A DNA stretch of 64,000 nucleotides from the human T2T-CHM13v2.0 reference genome, Homo sapiens: NCBI RefSeq assembly GCF_009914755.1, contig NC_060929.1. One strand, given 5' to 3'. Positions 57,101 to 64,000 of the stretch are shown piece by piece; position 1 is the stretch's first letter; the number at the start of each line of letters is the position of its first letter. Position numbers and translations under genes: made by a program. Under the pieces are notes generated by a model. The model worked only from the letters and a program-made list of their open reading frames with translations, was not told the origin of the DNA and ran no database searches.

Positions 57101-57415
57101 ATATCTATAGATTAGATATCTATGATATCTAGAGATATCTATATTAGATATCTATAATATCATAGATATCTATATCGATATTAGATATCTATAATATCTA
57201 TAGATATCTATATCGATATTACATATCGATATCTAATATCTTTCGATATTAGATATATTAGATATATGTTATATATCTAATATATAATATACAATATATT
57301 AGAGATCATTTAAAGACAAATTTATCTAATAGATATATCTAATATATATTATATATTAGAGAGAGGTAATATATTAGATATATAAATATATTATTAAATA
57401 TATCAATATTAGATA
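54146..57415. repeat. AT-rich ~34-bp minisatellite (VNTR), ~3.3 kb, in a PJA2 intron
   Basis: Central unit ATGATATCTAGAGATATCTATAGATTAGATATCT (~55055-57140). Flanking variant ATAATATCTATAGATATCTATATATTAGATA(T/C)CT. Confidence 0.97.
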
Positions 57416-57456
57416 GGTACCTGCTATCTAACTTGTCAATCTAAACTAGACTTTCT

Positions 57457-57765
57457 GGCTGGGCATGGTGACTCATGTCTATAATCCCAGTGCCATGGGA
57501 GGCCAGAGTGGGAGGACTGCTTCAGGGCAGGAGTTTGAGACCAGCCTGGGTAACATAATTGGACCCTATCTCTACCAAAAAACCCCACAAAAAACCAAAA
57601 CCAGGTCTGATGGCCCGTATGTGTAGTCCCCACTACCTGGGACAGGCTAAGGTGGGCTGATTGCTTGAGCCCAGGAGTTCAGGGCTGTAGTAAGCTATGA
57701 CTGCACCACTGCACTCCAGCTTGGGTGACAGAGTGAGATCTCGTCTCAAAAATAAATAAATATAC
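57457..57765 (+). mobile_element. Alu (AluJ-like)
   Basis: Diverged dimer with TSD AAACT(A/G)GACTTTCT. Confidence 0.9.
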
Positions 57766-58538
57766 AAACTGGACTTTCTAATCTCAGAAAATTTAAAGAC
57801 AAAATATATTATAATGCTCCTAAAAGTTCTTGCCAATTTTTTGTTCTCTCACCTGTGGCTCATTCACCAGTCATTTCTGTACCTATATTTTGGAAATCAC
57901 TTTGGAAATAGTGATTTGAAAGGACTTCTTTTAATGAAATCCACTGGTACAGTAGTAGTTCCCAAACATGAAAATACTTGGGCTTTGAACTTAGGCAAAT
58001 ACATTTAAGAACAGGTTTTTCTGTTTTAGTTAAATAATGAAAAGAAGGCAAGAGAAGCTGAGGCAGCAAATATGCCCCACTTATTAAAGTGTGTATATGT
58101 TTGCTGGGATAAGGAGGAGCAAATTTCCTAACTGCATTAGGCAGCCAGATAGTATTTAGAAGCCATGAGAAAAAAAGAGATTTGTAATATATCCTTAGCT
58201 TCAACTGCATTTCACAAATACACCTGTGCGTGTGTATATAAGATATTCACTCTCATACTTGTATAATTCAATAGAGAAAAAAGTATATTTTCTAAATGTA
58301 AGCAAAACATTTTCCATTCTGCAGTAAAAACTGAGAAATACTGAAATTTAAGGCAAACTAGCAGGACATCAAGTATAATTTGTATGCACATACTGGTGAC
58401 AATTATTATTCAATAACTGTTACTAAACTGATGGGAAAAAGATTCACCTTTTCTTAAGAGTAGTCTAAAAATCCCTTTAAACCTTTATCATTTTGTATCC
58501 CATCAACTTATATATGGAGATCAGAGTTATGAACATAC

Positions 58539-58650
58539 CTCCATAGCCTGGGCTAAGCGTTCTTCTAGTGCCATGTAGGTAAGGAACTGAGGATCCACAT
58601 ATGAAATAGCTTCAGCAACTCCTAGTCCATCTGCAAAGCCATCAAATAGG
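58539..58650 (-). CDS. PJA2: PJA2 internal coding exon (probably exon 7): (S)[37 protein letters not shown]
   Basis: 112-bp exon translated by hand on the minus strand. Acceptor TTTTTTTCAG and donor GAG|GTATGT. Peptide recognised as the Praja-family region upstream of the RING domain. Phase matches the next exon. Confidence 0.95.
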
Positions 58651-58957
58651 CTGAAAAAAATAAAAAATAACAGAAAAAACTCACCACTATGATTTGGGAA
58701 ATCTTATGCTGAGGACATAATTATATTAGCATACTGACAAGCCGATAAACATGCTGTGAACAGAAGACCTTAAAATATTTTAATACCAACTTGTAGGGTT
58801 AGGGGCAGGAGGGACCCAACAGAAAAGTGAGGTGCTAAAGATGAGTAGTTAAGATACCACTACCTCATCCAACAGGCTGCCAAACTCAATGCACAAAATT
58901 TGTAGAAAAATTCTCTTTTGTGTTTCTAGCTCTAACTCTAGAGACTGCTTAAAGGTA

Positions 58958-59186
58958 CAGGTTGAGCATCCCAAATCTGAAAATCTGAAATCCAAAATGT
59001 GCCAATGAGTATTTCCTTTGTACATCATACTGGCACTCAAAAAGTTTCAGATTTTGAACCATTTTAGATGTTGAATTTTCAAATTTGGGATGCTCAACTG
59101 GAAGTATATGTAAATATTCCAAAATCTAGGAAAAGAATCCCAAATCCCAAACACTTCTGGTACCAAACATTTCAGGTGAGGGATAT
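58958..59186. mobile_element. Tigger4 (Zombi/MER46)-like DNA transposon
   Basis: TA-CAGGTTGAGCATCCCAAATCTGAAAATCTGAAATCC TIR and its internal inverse TTTGGGATGCTCAAC. Confidence 0.75.
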
Positions 59187-60640
59187 AGTACATTTCCCCA
59201 CCCGATTATTTCCCACATATTTCTCCTGTTTTTCAGTTTCCAATCCGCATGTAGGTGAGAATATGATAAAGAAAATAACCATATTTATTTTAATTCTATC
59301 ATTACTCACGGCTTTTTTCTTTTCTCATTTTGTAATGCTTAATAACTCTGGATTTTAAAATATTTTATTATTTCAAGCCTTTCTCATTAATCTGTCTTCT
59401 TCTAAGATTAGGCCACCTCCATTATTATACAGCTTGAAAAATAGCTCCTAACTGCTCATTTTTAATTATAATTTTCTCTAAAAAACCATTAAGCTCCTAG
59501 AAGAAAAACATGTCTCACTTTGGTCCTACTCTCCTTCCTCCACCCCTGAACATATCGAGATTCCTCCTTTTCCTCTAGTCTTGGAAATACTATGTATTTC
59601 AAAAATTGAAAACCGTTAAGTATGTCCTTGGTCCTCTTTTCTCTAATCTTGCTCCCTTGGAAATTATTAATATATTCAAGCCCATTTTCTTCAATTATCC
59701 TCTCTGCAGGTAATTCCTAAATCTCTACCTAATTCCTAAACTTCCCCCGAAGCTCTTGACCTACATTTCTAGTTGTCTGGGGGCACCCTGAGTAGATGTA
59801 CTCCTACCACCTCTTAAGTCCAAGAGATCCAAAACTGAGCTTATTTTGTCTAAAGACAAACTAAACTTGTTGACTTCCATATCCTATTTGAATATCATAG
59901 TCCTAAACATCCACAAACAACCTAGCTCAAAAATAGTTTTGATGTCAACCCATGTGCCGTAATTAAAATTACCCATCTGTTGCCAAGAGACACAGAAATG
60001 GTTCTTGAAAAGAGTAATGTTATAGTTTAGCAGTATCTGGAAATCAAGTATCACATGATACAAAGCAACAGACATGCACATATAATCACAGATTTTGGAA
60101 TTAATATTAAGAATTACTGAATCCATCCACCCTTGAAATACTGAAACTCCCTCATCTAGCAGTAAGATGTAGTACAAAGAGAAAGAGCCTGTAACTGACT
60201 CTTCCTTCATCTATAAAACAAATTAAATAAGTAGGTGTGCAAAGGTGCCTGGCACAGAGATGGCACCACAGTAGACATTCAAGTAACAGAAGAAACATTC
60301 CTTCCATGCAGAAAATACACTGCTTTCTAAGGTGGTATGTACCAGTGCGGGAGAGCACTACTAGAAGTTTAAAACATATGAAGTATTCCTACTTGTAACT
60401 TTTGCTCTGTTGCTGTAATTCTGCCTGCTCAAACAACATAAATTGTGTCTTCCTTCTCTTTGCAAAAAAACTCTTCAAACGATTGAAGACAACTATCTCC
60501 CAATGATTCTTTTCTTCTCCAGGCTGAGCAAATCTAGACACTCAAAGCATAATATCAAGTTGTAATTTGGCCACTACAAATAATCATTTAAAAATTCTAA
60601 GATCATGTACTTGGCAGTCACCATGGTAATAACTGTTTCA

Positions 60641-61569
<929 letters not shown>

Positions 61570-61592
61570 TCACGCTAGAAGCCTACTGACTA

Positions 61593-62028
61593 TAGCTGAC
61601 CCTTGAACAGGGGCTTGAGCTGGGTAGGTGGGTACCCTTAAACTCAGTTTTTTTTCCACCTCTGCCACCTCTGAGATAGCAAGACCAATCCCTCCTCTTC
61701 CTCCTCAGCTTACTACTCAATATGAAGACAGCAAGGATGAAGATCTTTATGATGATCTACTTCCACTTAATGAAGAATAAATATATTTTCTCTTTTTATG
61801 ATTTTCTTAACATTTTCTTTTCTCCAGCTTGCTTTGTTGTAAGAATACAGTATATAATATATATCACATACAAAATATGTGGCAATCAACTGTTTATTTT
61901 ATTACAAGGCTTCTGGTCAACAGTGGGCTATCAGTAGTTAACCTTCTGAAGAGTCAAAAGTTACGCTTGGATTTTCTAGTGCACAGGGATCAGCACCCCT
62001 AACCCGTGTTGTTCAAGAGTCAGCTGTA
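61593..62028. mobile_element. Tigger2a (MER28)-like DNA transposon
   Basis: TIRs TAGCTGACCCTTGAACA ... TGTTCAAGAGTCAGCTG-TA. Confidence 0.75.
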
Positions 62029-62029
62029 T

Positions 62030-62750
62030 TAAAGGATAAATGACAACTGTAAAGAAATCTGAAAGATAACACCATAACCAAATCAAATTTTATATCACCA
62101 GTAATGGGTTGGTTTGACACCATGTGTTTTCTGATATGTACTGCAAAGGACAAAACACCACTTCCAGGGTGTTTCTGCTAAAAATTCACAACTCAAATCT
62201 ATTCATGACAGACAAATACAACCTAAGGGACATTCTAAAAAATAAATGACCTGTACTTTTTAAAAATGTCAGGGTTATGAAAAACAAAGACTGAGGAAAC
62301 GTCCACATTAAAAGAGACTAAAGAAACTTGTTAACTAAATACAATGAAAGATCTAATACAAAGATTAGACCAGAAAAAAATTTCTCTAACAGCACTGGTG
62401 GAACAACTACAAACATCTAAATAAGGTTTGTAGATTATATAATATTGTATCAGCATTAATTTGCTGACTTTGACAATTTTACTGTGTTATATAACAAAAT
62501 GGTCTTGGATGTCGGAAATTCATTCTAGAATAATTACAAGTAAAGAAAGGGACATCATGCCTGCAACTTACTCATAAGTGGGTCAGAAAAAAACCTTACT
62601 ATAAGTATAAAGAAAGGAAAGACAGAATGGTAACACAAACGTGGTTTTAAAATGTTAACATTTAGGAAATCTTAGTGAAGGATACATGAGGATTTTTGTA
62701 CTATTTTTGCCATTTTTCTGTAAGTATAAAATTATATCAAAATTATTTTT
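62030..62750 (+). mobile_element. Old L1M (L1MC/ME-like) 3' fragment
   Basis: AAGGGACATTCTAAAAAATAAATGACCTGTACT...TTTTCTGTAAGTATAAAATTAT motifs. Confidence 0.6.
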
Positions 62751-63456
62751 AAATTCTATTAAGCCACAGTTATATCCACACAGAATTAACTTCTCACAAT
62801 CTTATTAGATTAATAAAAACTCAATTTCTTACAGGAAGACAGAGGAGTTAAGGAGTTATCAAAGAATAAACAAATGGTAGAGTTGGGATTTGTCTGTGTC
62901 TAAAACGATGATCTCTCTGTGTCACTTCCTACCACACCAAGCTATCAGGTACTCTTGAGTATTTTGAACACTAATGCAACTTCAATGAAAACAAGTAAAC
63001 AAACTTGATAGAGGACTTTTTCCATTTTCCTTTAAACTAAATTAAGGAACCAAAAGGCTTCACTTTTTTCTAAGCAGTGGCAAAACAAAAAAAAATGTGC
63101 CAAAGTTTGACTTTAGAGACAAGAACTGCTGCTCTTTGCCATAGCTTTCCCCATAGCATGCTATTTTAATATGGAAATGAAACCACATTTTCACCTTATC
63201 AACCTTTAGACGCTGCCACATAAATTAATATAGTACCACATAAGCAAATAATGAGGTGTTGACATAGAGCAACCTTCAAAATTTGTGTCTTAAAATTAAT
63301 GCTAAAATGTTTTCTATAATTTAAAAAAAACTATTTGAAGCTCTGGACATTTCGGGACCACTAGTAAGGTTTCTAAAACCTTAACACAACAGCCATATCT
63401 AGAAAGATCATCAGTGAATTAGAACCTAAAGTAACAGTTTCTCAAATTTAAGTTCA

Positions 63457-63804
<348 letters not shown>

Positions 63805-64000
63805 TTAGGTAAAACAACCCTTTTGGAAGTATTTGGAAATAGGTATCCATACCTTGAAAAATACTACATATCTCAGTAATGTCCCCTCCAATTATTTGTC
63901 CTAAAGGAAAAACCAGAAGTATAGAACAAGTTTTATGGAGGATGGGGAAGAAAAAGTTCACTGCACTATTTCAATGAGTCAATAATCTGTTAAATCTTAG

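Noticed and set aside
54146-57415. CRISPR-like array of ~34-bp palindromic repeats
   Set aside because: The units are head-to-tail with no unique spacers and no cas genes, in a human intron. It is a minisatellite.

Overview
This is human (primate) genomic DNA, rich in repeats, and not a prokaryotic accessory region. The right half holds the 3' end of PJA2 (Praja-2, a RING-H2 E3 ubiquitin ligase) on the minus strand. Four coding exons (58539-58650, 46085-46199, 45570-45691, 38687-38812) splice in frame with GT-AG junctions and encode the C-terminal RING-H2 domain. A ~2.5 kb 3' UTR follows and probably ends near 36175. Positions 1-36 kb look like intergenic sequence downstream of PJA2 (Alu, L1, L2/MIR, LTR and DNA-transposon relics), and I could support no gene there. 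The most notable structures are: (1) a young SVA_F-type insertion antisense in the last PJA2 intron, with 31 perfect CCCTCT hexamers, a prematurely polyadenylated SINE-R, a double poly(A) tail with a short 3' transduction, and a 14-bp TSD; (2) a ~3.3 kb quasi-palindromic AT-rich 34-bp minisatellite in an intron; (3) a near-perfect 58-bp hairpin in the last intron; (4) several nested or atypical retro-insertions. I see no evidence for a wholly new biological system. Almost all listed ORFs are spurious. Repeat subfamily names are from memory of consensus sequences and need RepeatMasker/Dfam confirmation.
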